Below are positions 26,946-36,651 of a stretch of DNA of 64,000 bases, piece after piece. The notes under the pieces were generated by a model that saw nothing but the letters and a program-made list of their open reading frames with translations, was not told the origin of the DNA and did no database searches. Source of the stretch: an uncultured Lachnospiraceae bacterium (GTDB taxonomy: Bacteria; Bacillota; Clostridia; Lachnospirales; Lachnospiraceae); NCBI GenBank assembly GCA_910586705.1, contig CAJUJK010000019.1, positions 3,643 through 67,642 on the forward strand. Direction: 5' to 3'. The stretch's first letter is position 1; each line of letters begins with the position of its first letter. The position numbers and the translations under genes were made by a program.

Positions 26946-28172
26946 ATGGGTGTGACAGAGGAGAAAAAAGGGAAAGCGGCAGGGTGTAGTGGAGAGACAG
27001 TGGGAAGAAAGAACATGGGAGAGACTGCCGGGGCAATGAATGAGACGGAAAAGGCGTACATGCACTGGCTGTATCAGGCGGCAGGCTTTGGCAGCAGAAG
27101 GTTTTTGCGCTCCCTGTCGTCTCTCGGAGCGCCCCGGGAAATTTATCAGATGATCGTTTCCGGTGCGCTTGCAGGGAAAGTTTCGGAGCGGTACGCGAAA
27201 AAAGTGGCACAAATGTCGGAATTTACCATAGGATATGACGTGCCGGGCGTGTACGGGCGCATGAGGGAGCGGGGCATCTTTCTCGTGACGGAGAACGAAC
27301 CGCAGTTCCCGGAGAGGCTGTCACGGATTCCGGACAAGCCGTATGCGCTCTACTGTGCCGGAAAGCTGCCGCAGGAGGGAAAAAAGGCGGTGGCGCTGAT
27401 CGGGGCGCGGGACTGTACATCTTACGGCAGATATATGGCGGAGCAGTTCGGGGCGGCATTTGCGGGGGCAGATGTGCAGGTGATCAGTGGCATGGCGCGG
27501 GGAATAGACGGGATCGGGCAGAGCGCTGCGCTGCGGGAAGGCGGCTATTCGCTGGGCGTTTTGGGATGCGGTGTGGATCTCTGTTATCCGCAGGAGAACC
27601 GGGCGCTGTATGAAATGCTGCTGGCAGGCGGCGGGATCTGCTCCGAATATCCGCCGGGGACGGAGCCGAGGGCGGCGCTCTTCCCACCAAGAAACCGCAT
27701 TATCAGCGGTCTTTGTGACGCGGTGCTGGTGGTGGAGGCGCGGGAGCGGAGCGGCACACTCATCACGGTGGACATGGCGCTTGAGCAGGGGCGGGAGGTT
27801 TACGCGCTGCCGGGGCGCGCCACCGATCCCCTGAGCGGCGGCTGCAACCGTCTGATCCGGCAGGGAGCGGGGCTGGTTTCCAAGCCGGAGGAGCTTCTGG
27901 GGGAGCTTCTGGAGGGACTTCCGGGGAATGCCGGCAGGCAGAAGAAGGAGACGCAGGGCAGACTGGTTTTTCTGGAAGGGATTGCAGGAGAACTGTTGTC
28001 CGTCCTCGACTTTAACCCGCTTCCGGCACAGGAGCTGCAGCGCAGATATGAGGAAGCCTACAAAAAGCCCGTTGCCCTGCCGGTCCTGTTCAAGGAGCTT
28101 CTGGAGTTGTGCGCCTGCGGGCACGCAAGGCAGGTGGGCGGCGGGTATTTCATGCGGGTGATGCAGACGTAA
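26946..28172 (+). CDS. dprA: DNA processing protein DprA
   Basis: VISGMARGIDG, FPPRNRIISG, SGTLIT and GCNRLIRQGA motifs. Confidence 0.95.
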   Translation: MGVTEEKKGKAAGCSGETVGRKNMGETAGAMNETEKAYMHWLYQAAGFGSRRFLRSLSSLGAPREIYQMIVSGALAGKVSERYAKKVAQMSEFTIGYDVPGVYGRMRERGIFLVTENEPQFPERLSRIPDKPYALYCAGKLPQEGKKAVALIGARDCTSYGRYMAEQFGAAFAGADVQVISGMARGIDGIGQSAALREGGYSLGVLGCGVDLCYPQENRALYEMLLAGGGICSEYPPGTEPRAALFPPRNRIISGLCDAVLVVEARERSGTLITVDMALEQGREVYALPGRATDPLSGGCNRLIRQGAGLVSKPEELLGELLEGLPGNAGRQKKETQGRLVFLEGIAGELLSVLDFNPLPAQELQRRYEEAYKKPVALPVLFKELLELCACGHARQVGGGYFMRVMQT

Positions 28173-28214
28173 AACAGTACAGTAAATAAACAAAAAAGAA
28201 AACGAGCAAAGCTC

Positions 28215-28243
28215 TTGACCGAATTTCCGGCTTTACATATAAT
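28215..28243 (+). promoter_or_regulatory. Sigma-A promoter of the small gene
   Basis: TTGACC, 17 nt, TATAAT. Confidence 0.7.
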
Positions 28244-28282
28244 CATTTTAAGAGCGGAATATCTGGAAGGAGGGAAGAGGAA

Positions 28283-28456
28283 ATGAAAGGAGAAGAGGAA
28301 ATGGGAATGACTGACAACCAATATAAGGGATTTTTGCTAAATGAGTTAGAGGACTGGGAGGAACTCTTTGAAATAGCACAGGAAGAAGGTGCACGGAACG
28401 CAGCGAAGAAAGCGGAAAAGCAGATGGAGAAGATCAAAAAGATGTTAGAATTTTAG
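28283..28456 (+). CDS. 57-aa small helical protein (not in the ORF track)
   Basis: AAGGAGGG RBS; MKGEEEMGMTDNQYKGFLLNELEDWEELFEIAQEEGARNAAKKAEKQMEKIKKMLEF; own promoter and terminator. Confidence 0.75.
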   Translation: MKGEEEMGMTDNQYKGFLLNELEDWEELFEIAQEEGARNAAKKAEKQMEKIKKMLEF

Positions 28457-28460
28457 AAAG

Positions 28461-28498
28461 GAAACAGGCGGCAGACAAACCGCCTGTTTCTGTCTTTT
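28461..28498 (+). terminator. Intrinsic terminator
   Basis: GAAACAGGCGG/CCGCCTGTTTC stem with T-rich tail. Confidence 0.8.
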
Positions 28499-28545
28499 CA
28501 GTTTAAGTTTCAGTTTATGTTTCAGTTTATGATATCAATTTCCAC

Positions 28546-28574
28546 TTGCAACCGCTTGCGATTTGGTGTATAGT
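28546..28574 (+). promoter_or_regulatory. Candidate topA promoter
   Basis: TTGCAA, 17 nt, TATAGT. Confidence 0.55.
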
Positions 28575-28627
28575 GTTGCACGTTAGACGGGGGATAACCT
28601 TAGAAAGACAAAGACAGGGGAATCACT

Positions 28628-30709
28628 ATGGCGAAATATCTGGTAATTGTGGAGTCACCGGCGAAGGTGAAAACCATCAAAAAATTTTTGGGCGCGAACT
28701 ATGAAGTGGCGGCAAGTCAGGGGCATGTGCGGGATCTGCCCAGAAGCGTGCTCGGGATCGACGTGGACAACGACTTTGAGCCGAAATACATTACGATCCG
28801 GGGCAAGGGGGACATTCTGGCGAATCTGCGCAAGGAAGTGAAGAAGGCGGAGAAAGTCTATCTGGCAACCGACCCGGACCGTGAGGGAGAAGCGATTTCA
28901 TGGCATCTGTTATTTGCCCTGAAACTGGAAAATAAGAAGGTATACCGCATTACATTCAACGAGATTACAAAGACGGCGGTCAAAGAGTCCTTGAAGAATG
29001 CCAGAGAGATCAATATGGATCTGGTGGACGCGCAGCAGGCGAGAAGGTGCTTAGACCGCATGGTTGGTTATAAAATATCACCTGTTTTGTGGGCGAAGGT
29101 GAAGCGGGGGCTGTCCGCGGGGCGCGTGCAGTCGGTGGCGCTTCGGATTATCTGCGACAGGGAGGAGGAGATAGGCGCCTTTATCCCGGAGGAATACTGG
29201 ACGCTGGACGCGCAGTTAAAAGTGGAGGGGGAGAGAAATCCCCTGACTGCGAAATATTACGGCACAAAGGCAGAGAAACACACGATTGCGTCCGCGCAGG
29301 AGATGGAGCAGATTAAAAAGGAACTGTCCGGCGCGGTTTACAAGGTGAGTTCCGTAAAGACCGGCGAGCGGATCAAGAAAGCGCCGCTTCCCTTCACGAC
29401 ATCCACACTCCAGCAGGAGGCGAGCAAGGTGTTAAATTTTTCCACCCAGAAGACCATGCGTCTGGCGCAGCAGCTCTACGAGGGCGTGGAGATCAAGGGA
29501 AACGGCACCACGGGTATCATCACGTATCTGCGTACCGATTCCACGAGAATATCCGACGAGGCGGAGGCGTCCGCCCGTGCCTATATCACGGAAAAGTATG
29601 GAGAGGAATACGCGGTGGCGGTAGAGCAGGAGAGAAAGTCTGACAAAAAGATTCAGGACGCCCACGAGGCGATCCGTCCCACAGATATCAGCAGACTACC
29701 GATTGATATCAAGGATTCCCTTTCCAGAGACCAATTCAGGCTTTACCAGCTGATCTGGAAACGGTTTGCGGCGAGCCGGATGGCGGCGGCGCAGTACGAG
29801 ACGACTTCCGTGAAGATCGACGCCGGGGAGCACCGCTTTACCGTGGCGGCGTCGAAGGTAAAATTTGACGGCTTTATGAGCGTCTACACGCAGGAGGAGG
29901 ACAAAGAGGAGAGCAATACGCTGATCCGGGGCATCTCGGAGGACACGGAGCTTTCCCTGCTTTCTCTGGAAGAGAAGCAGCATTTCACCCAGCCTGCGCC
30001 CCATTATACGGAGGCGTCGCTTGTGCGCGCCATGGAGGAGCTGGGCATCGGCAGACCGAGTACCTACGCGCCCACCATCACGACGATACTGGCGAGGCGC
30101 TATATTGTGAAGGAAAATAAAAACCTCTATGTGACGGAGCTGGGCGAGGTGGTCAACAATATGATGAAGGACGCATTTCCCTCTATCGTGGACGTGAATT
30201 TCACAGCCACCATGGAGGCGCTTCTCGACGGCGTGGAGGAAGGCACCGTCAAGTGGAAAACGGTGGTGAAGAACTTCTACCCCGATCTGCAGGAGGCTGT
30301 GGAGAAGGCGGAGAAGGAGCTGGAGGAAGTGGAGATCGCGGACGAACTGTCCGACGAGTTCTGCGAACAGTGCGGCAGGCAGATGGTGATCAAGTACGGA
30401 CCCCACGGCAGATTTCTGGCATGTCCCGGTTTCCCGGAGTGCAGGAACACGAAGCCCTATTTTGAGAAGATCGGTGTGGCGTGTCCGAAGTGCGGCAAAG
30501 ATATCGTTCTGAAAAAGACGAAGAAAGGCAGGAAGTATTACGGCTGTATTGACAACCCGGACTGCGACTTTATGGTATGGCAGAAGCCGGTGAACGAAAA
30601 GTGCGACCGCTGCGGTTCCATCATGCTCCAGAAGGGCAGCAAGCTCGTCTGCTCCGACGAATCCTGCGGCTTTGTGAAAGATATGCCGAAGGAAAAGGCG
30701 GAGGTCTGA
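28628..30709 (+). CDS. topA: DNA topoisomerase I
   Basis: IVESPAK, LATDPDREGE, SAGRVQS, ITYLRTDS, C-terminal zinc fingers. Confidence 0.98.
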   Translation: MAKYLVIVESPAKVKTIKKFLGANYEVAASQGHVRDLPRSVLGIDVDNDFEPKYITIRGKGDILANLRKEVKKAEKVYLATDPDREGEAISWHLLFALKLENKKVYRITFNEITKTAVKESLKNAREINMDLVDAQQARRCLDRMVGYKISPVLWAKVKRGLSAGRVQSVALRIICDREEEIGAFIPEEYWTLDAQLKVEGERNPLTAKYYGTKAEKHTIASAQEMEQIKKELSGAVYKVSSVKTGERIKKAPLPFTTSTLQQEASKVLNFSTQKTMRLAQQLYEGVEIKGNGTTGIITYLRTDSTRISDEAEASARAYITEKYGEEYAVAVEQERKSDKKIQDAHEAIRPTDISRLPIDIKDSLSRDQFRLYQLIWKRFAASRMAAAQYETTSVKIDAGEHRFTVAASKVKFDGFMSVYTQEEDKEESNTLIRGISEDTELSLLSLEEKQHFTQPAPHYTEASLVRAMEELGIGRPSTYAPTITTILARRYIVKENKNLYVTELGEVVNNMMKDAFPSIVDVNFTATMEALLDGVEEGTVKWKTVVKNFYPDLQEAVEKAEKELEEVEIADELSDEFCEQCGRQMVIKYGPHGRFLACPGFPECRNTKPYFEKIGVACPKCGKDIVLKKTKKGRKYYGCIDNPDCDFMVWQKPVNEKCDRCGSIMLQKGSKLVCSDESCGFVKDMPKEKAEV

Positions 30710-30783
30710 ACAGCAGGCTGTGGCAAGAAATTGGAATATTTAGTATAAATGGGATGAATTACGGATAAATTGCGCGCCGCACA

Positions 30784-30812
30784 TTGAAATTGTCAGAATA
30801 ATGTGCTAAAAT
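30784..30812 (+). promoter_or_regulatory. codY promoter with an overlapping CodY-box-like site
   Basis: TTGAAA, 17 nt, TGnTAAAAT; AATTGTCAGAATAAT (30788-30802) matches AATTTTCWGAAAATT at 12 of 15 positions. Confidence 0.55.
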
Positions 30813-30858
30813 TTGTATATTACAGACAAACCGGGTGCGGGGATTGCGAGGTATATAC

Positions 30859-31644
30859 ATGGGCAGCGTGCAATTATTAGATAAGACCAGAAAAATCGGG
30901 AAACTTTTACACAATAACAATTCGGGCAAGGTAGTGTTTAACGATATCTGTGATGTGCTGAAGGAAATACTCGTCTCCAACGTGCTGGTTGTGAGCAGGA
31001 AAGGAAAGGTTCTGGGAATCGGGGATATGCCCACGGTGGAATCGATTACGGAACTGATCGTGGACCATGTGGGCGGGTTTATTGATCCAATGCTGAACGA
31101 GCGGCTTCTGGGGGTGCTTTCCACCAAGGAGAATGTCAATCTGGAGACGCTCGGGTTTGAGAGCCCGGGCATCCGGCGGTTTCAAGCGGTGATTGCGCCG
31201 ATTGAGATATCCGGCGAAAGGCTGGGGACTCTCTTCCTTTATAAATGTGACGACCAGTATGACATAGATGACATTATTCTGTGCGAGTACGGCACCACGG
31301 TGGTAGGGCTGGAGATGCTGCGCGCTGTCAGCGAGGAGAACGCGGAGGAAAACCGCAAGGTGGCGGTGGTGAAATCGGCGATCTCCACACTCTCCTTCTC
31401 GGAGATGGAGGCAATCACCCACATTTTCGACGAGCTGGGCGGCATGGAGGGCATTCTGGTGGCGAGCAAGATTGCGGACAAGGTCGGAATCACCCGGTCG
31501 GTGATCGTAAACGCGCTCCGCAAATTCGAGAGTGCGGGCGTGATCGAGTCCCGTTCCTCGGGGATGAAGGGCACCTATATCAAGGTACTCAACGACGTGG
31601 TATTCGACGAAGTGGAAAAGTTAAAAGAGCAGGGAAGGTTTTAA
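30859..31644 (+). CDS. codY: GTP/BCAA-sensing repressor CodY
   Basis: ASKIADKVGITRSVIVNALRKFESAGVIESRS helix-turn-helix. Confidence 0.98.
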   Translation: MGSVQLLDKTRKIGKLLHNNNSGKVVFNDICDVLKEILVSNVLVVSRKGKVLGIGDMPTVESITELIVDHVGGFIDPMLNERLLGVLSTKENVNLETLGFESPGIRRFQAVIAPIEISGERLGTLFLYKCDDQYDIDDIILCEYGTTVVGLEMLRAVSEENAEENRKVAVVKSAISTLSFSEMEAITHIFDELGGMEGILVASKIADKVGITRSVIVNALRKFESAGVIESRSSGMKGTYIKVLNDVVFDEVEKLKEQGRF

Positions 31645-31668
31645 ACAGTTGGGTGTTTAGAAATAACT

Positions 31669-31727
31669 GGCAGAAGGATCTGCGAAAAGCGCCGATTTTG
31701 CGCGCCGCGGATCCTTTTTTGCCGTTT
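31669..31727 (+). terminator. Terminator-like hairpin after codY
   Basis: AAGGATCTGCG/CGCGGATCCTT stem followed by a T run. Confidence 0.65.
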
Positions 31728-31824
31728 TGCGGGGACACTAATTTGTGAAAATCAATCGAAAAACCTTGTAATTTTTTATAATTTATTTATAATGATATAT
31801 GGATTCTATTAACGTGGAAGGAGT

Positions 31825-32229
31825 ATGACTATGAGCTCATTGATGAATACGAATGCGTTTGATTATGTGAATGTGCTGGATAAGGCGCTGGACGCGTCTG
31901 CGCTCAGACATGAGGCGATTTCCAATAACCTTGCAAATGCGGACACACCGAATTACAAGAGGGAAGATGTGAATTTTGAGGTACAGCTTGCGAAGGCTCT
32001 GCGTCATTCACGGTATAAGTCCATGGATGCGAAGGTGGCGGATCTGAAGATGAGCCGTCTGAATCCGATTGCCTACAAGGACTATGCCGGCTTTTCCTAC
32101 CGCATAGACGGCAATAACGTGGATCCCGACACAGAGGGCGTGTATCTGGCGAAAAACCAGATCGTCTATCAGGGTCTGGAGCAGAGCGTGGCGCAGGAAT
32201 TTAAGAATTTACAGGCTGTGATGAAATAA
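31825..32229 (+). CDS. flgB: Flagellar basal-body rod protein FlgB
   Basis: ISNNLANADTPNYKR and DGNNVD motifs. Confidence 0.95.
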   Translation: MTMSSLMNTNAFDYVNVLDKALDASALRHEAISNNLANADTPNYKREDVNFEVQLAKALRHSRYKSMDAKVADLKMSRLNPIAYKDYAGFSYRIDGNNVDPDTEGVYLAKNQIVYQGLEQSVAQEFKNLQAVMK

Positions 32230-32247
32230 TAAATAGGAGGAATTGCT

Positions 32248-32694
32248 ATGGCTTTATTTACATCGTTTGACATCAATGCCACCGGTATGACCGCGGAACG
32301 TTTCCGTATGGATACGATTTCCCAGAATGTGGCAAATGCAAATACGACGAGGACGGAGGACGGCACGCCCTACCGCAGAAAGATCGTGGTGTTCAAGGAG
32401 AAAAATTCCCCGACGCACTTCCATCAGATCCTTATGAAGGAGCACGAGCGCTTCGCGGGCAACGGTGTGAAGGTGACCGGCGTTTACGAGGATACGAAGA
32501 CAGAGGGAAATATGGTTTACGACCCTTCCCATCCCGATGCGGATGAAAACGGTTATGTGATGTACCCGAATGTGAATATTATTACAGAGTTTACAAACCT
32601 GATCGACGCGTCGCGCGCTTATCAGGCGAATGGTACTGCCTTTGAAGCCAGCAAGAAAATAGCTACCATGGGGCTTAATATTCTGAACGGCTGA
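32248..32694 (+). CDS. flgC: Flagellar basal-body rod protein FlgC
   Basis: NVANANTTR and YDPSHPDADENGYV motifs. Confidence 0.95.
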   Translation: MALFTSFDINATGMTAERFRMDTISQNVANANTTRTEDGTPYRRKIVVFKEKNSPTHFHQILMKEHERFAGNGVKVTGVYEDTKTEGNMVYDPSHPDADENGYVMYPNVNIITEFTNLIDASRAYQANGTAFEASKKIATMGLNILNG

Positions 32695-32752
32695 TAAATA
32701 TCTGATTTAAATGTGCTTAGAAATAAACCGGGGAATGTTGGAGGAAGCGGAT

Positions 32753-33079
32753 ATGGCTTTGGATATCACAGAATTATATAATGTCACTTCAGGTGTGGTG
32801 CGGGATGCGGCTAAGGCGGCGCCTACCACGCGCATTGATGACTATAAGGAAAACGGCTTCGATGCGATGTTACATACTGCGATCGACAATCTGAATACGA
32901 CGAACAACTATCTGTCGAAGGCGGAGGACGAGGAGATCAAATGGGCGCTGGGCGAGACGGAAAATCCCCATGACCTTACGATCGCCCTGCAGAAAGCGTC
33001 TACGGCATTGCAGTACACGGTGGCGATCAGGGACAAACTTTTGGAGGCCTACAAAGAACTGATCCAGATGCAGGTTTAA
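32753..33079 (+). CDS. fliE: Hook-basal body protein FliE
   Basis: C-terminal IRDKLLEAYKELIQMQV. Confidence 0.93.
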   Translation: MALDITELYNVTSGVVRDAAKAAPTTRIDDYKENGFDAMLHTAIDNLNTTNNYLSKAEDEEIKWALGETENPHDLTIALQKASTALQYTVAIRDKLLEAYKELIQMQV

Positions 33080-33126
33080 TTCCACATAAATGTGTAAAAG
33101 GATAGGCTGAAGGAGAACGGATTGCT

Positions 33127-34731
33127 GTGGAAAAGATATTAGAGAAACTGAAGGAACTGGGAAATAAAATCATGGAGTGGTGGAACCGCTTCACGGCGAA
33201 GCAGAAGACTTTGATCGTGTCTGTGGTTGCAGCGCTCATCATTGCCCTTGTCATTATCGTGACAAGTCTCACGAGACCGGAGTATGTACTGCTCAGGGAG
33301 TGCGAAACCACCAAAGAGGCATCGGAGGTGATAGACCTTCTGGAAGCCGAGGAGTACACGTATGAGATTACGGACGACGGGCTGACCATTACCATACTCG
33401 ACGAACAGCTCGGGCAGGCGAACCTGCTTCTTGGCGCCAACAATATTCAGGCGGCGAGCTACGGGATCAATAACGTGACGGACGGCAGTTTCTCCACGAC
33501 GGAGTCCGACAAGCAGAAGAAGTATGTGTACTATATGCAGAGACAGCTGGAGGACGACGTGCTCTCCGTGTTCCCGGCGATCAAGAGAGCGCGGGTGACG
33601 TTGAACATTCCCGAGAACGACGGCACGCTGATCGCGCAGGAAGAGGAGGCGAGCGCTTCCATCTATCTGGAGCTGAAGGACGAATTTTCGCAGGAGAGCG
33701 CGGCGTATCTGGCGCGCGCGATCGCGACCGGGCTTGGAAACGAGACCACCAACAATATTGTCATTCTGGATTCGGAAGGCAATATGCTCTTTACGGGGGA
33801 TGAGAATTATTCTCCCTCCGGGCTGGCAAACGCCCATCTCTCCGTGAAGAACGAGGCGGAGAAAAATATGATAAACAACGTGCGCAGGGTACTGCTGGGC
33901 ACGAACGAGTTTGATAACGTGGAGGTATCGCCCAATCTGGTGCTGGATTTCTCCAACCAGAAGAGCACGGAGCATACATACACCCCGGCGGAGGGACAGA
34001 CGCAGGGCGTACTGAGCCATGAGGACCTCTACGAAGAGGAGAACGTGAGTGACGTGGGCGGCGTGCCCGGCACGGACTCCAACGACGACGACACGACCTA
34101 TGTCATTGAGGATAATGCCAACTCCCGCTCCTCGAGGAGCGAGCAGTCGAGGGATTATCTGCCCAACGAGAAGATCACTACCATTGAGACACCTTCCGGC
34201 GTGATCAATTACGCCTCTTCGTCTCTGGCGGCTTCCCTGATCCAGTACAATGTGGTGCGGGAGGAGGATGTGGACGCGCAGGGGCTTCTGGACGGTGTGA
34301 GCTGGGAAGAATATAAGCTGGCAAACAACGAGCGCACGCGGATTGAGCTGGATGAGGAATTTTATAACGCGGCTGCGAACGCGACGGGTATTCCGGTAGA
34401 CAACATTACGCTGGTGGCATACAGCGAGAATCTTTTCTTTGATGCGGAAGGTTCTGCGATCACGGCGACGGATGTCCTGCAGATCCTGCTGATTATCGTG
34501 ATTCTGGCGCTGCTTGCATTCGTGGTGCTGCGCAGCATGAAGAGCGAGAAACACGAGGAGGAAGAGGAAGAACTTACCGTGGAGACGCTGCTGCAGTCTG
34601 ATGTGACGCTTGAGGAAATTTCCTCCGAGAATGAATCCGAGGAGAGACGGCTTGTCGGCAAATTTGTGGAAGAGAATCCGGAGGCGGCGGCGAACCTGCT
34701 GCGCAACTGGTTAAATGAGGACTGGGGGTAG
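33127..34731 (+). CDS. fliF: MS-ring protein FliF
   Basis: Two TM segments; GGVPGTDSN; ENPEAAANLLRNWL. Confidence 0.93.
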   Translation: MEKILEKLKELGNKIMEWWNRFTAKQKTLIVSVVAALIIALVIIVTSLTRPEYVLLRECETTKEASEVIDLLEAEEYTYEITDDGLTITILDEQLGQANLLLGANNIQAASYGINNVTDGSFSTTESDKQKKYVYYMQRQLEDDVLSVFPAIKRARVTLNIPENDGTLIAQEEEASASIYLELKDEFSQESAAYLARAIATGLGNETTNNIVILDSEGNMLFTGDENYSPSGLANAHLSVKNEAEKNMINNVRRVLLGTNEFDNVEVSPNLVLDFSNQKSTEHTYTPAEGQTQGVLSHEDLYEEENVSDVGGVPGTDSNDDDTTYVIEDNANSRSSRSEQSRDYLPNEKITTIETPSGVINYASSSLAASLIQYNVVREEDVDAQGLLDGVSWEEYKLANNERTRIELDEEFYNAAANATGIPVDNITLVAYSENLFFDAEGSAITATDVLQILLIIVILALLAFVVLRSMKSEKHEEEEEELTVETLLQSDVTLEEISSENESEERRLVGKFVEENPEAAANLLRNWLNEDWG

Positions 34732-34736
34732 GATAA

Positions 34737-35756
34737 ATGGCAGCGTCATCAAAAGCGGAAGAAATCAACGGACTCCAGAAAGCGGCTATCTTGATGATTG
34801 CTCTTGGGCCGGAAAAGTCGGCGGCAATCTTTAAGCACCTCAAAGAAGACGAGGTGGAGGAACTGACGCTGGAGATTGCGAATACGAGGAGTATTACGCC
34901 GCAGGTCAAGGAGAGCGTGGTAAACGAGTTTTATCAGGTGTGTCTGGCGCAGCAGTATATCGCGGAGGGCGGTATCAACTACGCGAAGGAACTGCTGGAG
35001 AAATCTTTCGGTTCCGAGAAGGCGATGGACGTGATCGGCAAGCTGACGGCGTCCCTGCAGGTAAAGCCGTTCGAGTTCGTGAGAAAGGCGGACGCGGCGC
35101 AGCTCTTAAACTTTATTCAGGACGAACACCCGCAGACCATCGCGCTCATTTTGTCCTATCTGGCGCCCGGGCAGGCGGCGATTATCGTCTCGGCGCTTCC
35201 GCCTGACAGACAGGCGGACGTGACCAAGCGTATCGCGGTGATGGACAGAACGAGCCCGGATGTAATCAAGGAGGTGGAGAAAGTTTTGGAGTCCAAACTG
35301 TCATCTCTGGTGAATCAGGATTATACGATTATCGGCGGCGTGGACGCTGTCGTGGAAATTTTGAATACGGTAGACCGCGGTACAGAGAAACATATCATGG
35401 AGACATTGGAGATCGAGGAGCCGGAACTTGCGGACGAGATCAGAAAGAAGATGTTCGTGTTCGAGGATATCCTGCTTCTGGACGACCGTGCGATCCAGCG
35501 TGTGCTGCGTGACGTGGATAACTCTGATCTGGCGATCGCGCTGAAAGGTTCCAACGAAGAAGTGCAGAACGCAATCTTCAACAACCTCTCCAAGCGTCTG
35601 GCGGTTATGATCAAGGAGGATATGGAGTTCATGGGTCCCGTCCGTATGAAGGACGTGGAAGAAGCGCAGCAGAAGATTGTAAACATCATCCGGAAACTGG
35701 AGGATGCTGCGGAAATTGTTATCTCCAGAGGCGGAGGTGACGAGATCATTGTTTAG
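34737..35756 (+). CDS. fliG: Motor switch protein FliG
   Basis: EHPQTIALILS, MFVFEDI and MGPVR motifs. Confidence 0.97.
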   Translation: MAASSKAEEINGLQKAAILMIALGPEKSAAIFKHLKEDEVEELTLEIANTRSITPQVKESVVNEFYQVCLAQQYIAEGGINYAKELLEKSFGSEKAMDVIGKLTASLQVKPFEFVRKADAAQLLNFIQDEHPQTIALILSYLAPGQAAIIVSALPPDRQADVTKRIAVMDRTSPDVIKEVEKVLESKLSSLVNQDYTIIGGVDAVVEILNTVDRGTEKHIMETLEIEEPELADEIRKKMFVFEDILLLDDRAIQRVLRDVDNSDLAIALKGSNEEVQNAIFNNLSKRLAVMIKEDMEFMGPVRMKDVEEAQQKIVNIIRKLEDAAEIVISRGGGDEIIV

Positions 35757-35757
35757 G

Positions 35758-36651
35758 ATGAAGCATAGAAACTTATACAAAGCCGGATGGGTCAGAGTGG
35801 ACGGCGACGAAAAGTGCGTGATTGACAGCAATACGCTTGTGGCGGAGCGCATCGAGGAGTGGGAAAATGTCCGCCGCGCGAACGCGGCTGCGCTGCCCTC
35901 TTTTGAGGAGGACGGCGAAGAGGGAGAGCCGGAGTTTGTCAGCGGCATCGAGGGCGAGGAGCTTGACGCCCTCTTTGCGGACGGCGCGGAAGGCAGCAGC
36001 GTGATCAAGGCGGGAGACATGTCAGCGCCGGATTTTTCCGAGATGCGTGCCGAGGCGGAAGCGGAGGCGGAGCGCATCATAGCGGAGGCGAAGGCACAGG
36101 CTCTTGAGATTGCCGCGCAGGCAAGACACGATGCCGATATCGAGCGCACCAACGCCTTTGAGGAAGGCTCAAAGCAGGGCTACGACGAAGGCTATGCCAG
36201 AGGATATGCCGAGGCGGACGATATGAAGCGGGAGCTGTCCGAACGGAAAAGACAGCTGGAAGCGGAATATGACGAGATGCTGGAGGATCTGGAGCCGCGG
36301 TTCATCGAGACCATCACGGATGTGTACAGTTATATTTTCGGTGTGGATCTGATGGATAACCGGGATATTCTTGTACATCTGATTGATTCTACCCTGCGGA
36401 AAGTGGAGAGCAGCAAAACCTTTATCGTGCACGTGTCGGCGGATGATTACCCCCATGTCAATATGCAGAAGCAGACTCTTGTGGAGGGCGCAGCTGCAGG
36501 CAGGGGCATCATTGAGATCATCGAGGACATTGCGCTTTCCAAGGGAGACTGCCTGATCGAGACGGACGGCGGTATTTTTGACTGCGGCGTAGGCACGCAG
36601 CTTGAGGAACTCACAAAGAAATTACAAGTGTTATCCTATGAGAAGGTTTAA
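35758..36651 (+). CDS. fliH: Export apparatus protein FliH
   Basis: GxxxG repeats (GYDEGYARGY); GDCLIETDGG. Confidence 0.9.
   Translation: MKHRNLYKAGWVRVDGDEKCVIDSNTLVAERIEEWENVRRANAAALPSFEEDGEEGEPEFVSGIEGEELDALFADGAEGSSVIKAGDMSAPDFSEMRAEAEAEAERIIAEAKAQALEIAAQARHDADIERTNAFEEGSKQGYDEGYARGYAEADDMKRELSERKRQLEAEYDEMLEDLEPRFIETITDVYSYIFGVDLMDNRDILVHLIDSTLRKVESSKTFIVHVSADDYPHVNMQKQTLVEGAAAGRGIIEIIEDIALSKGDCLIETDGGIFDCGVGTQLEELTKKLQVLSYEKV

Noticed and set aside
31645..31824. c-di-GMP riboswitch or invertible switch upstream of flgB
   Set aside because: Only a terminator-like hairpin and an AT-rich promoter region; no recognisable aptamer or flanking inverted repeats.
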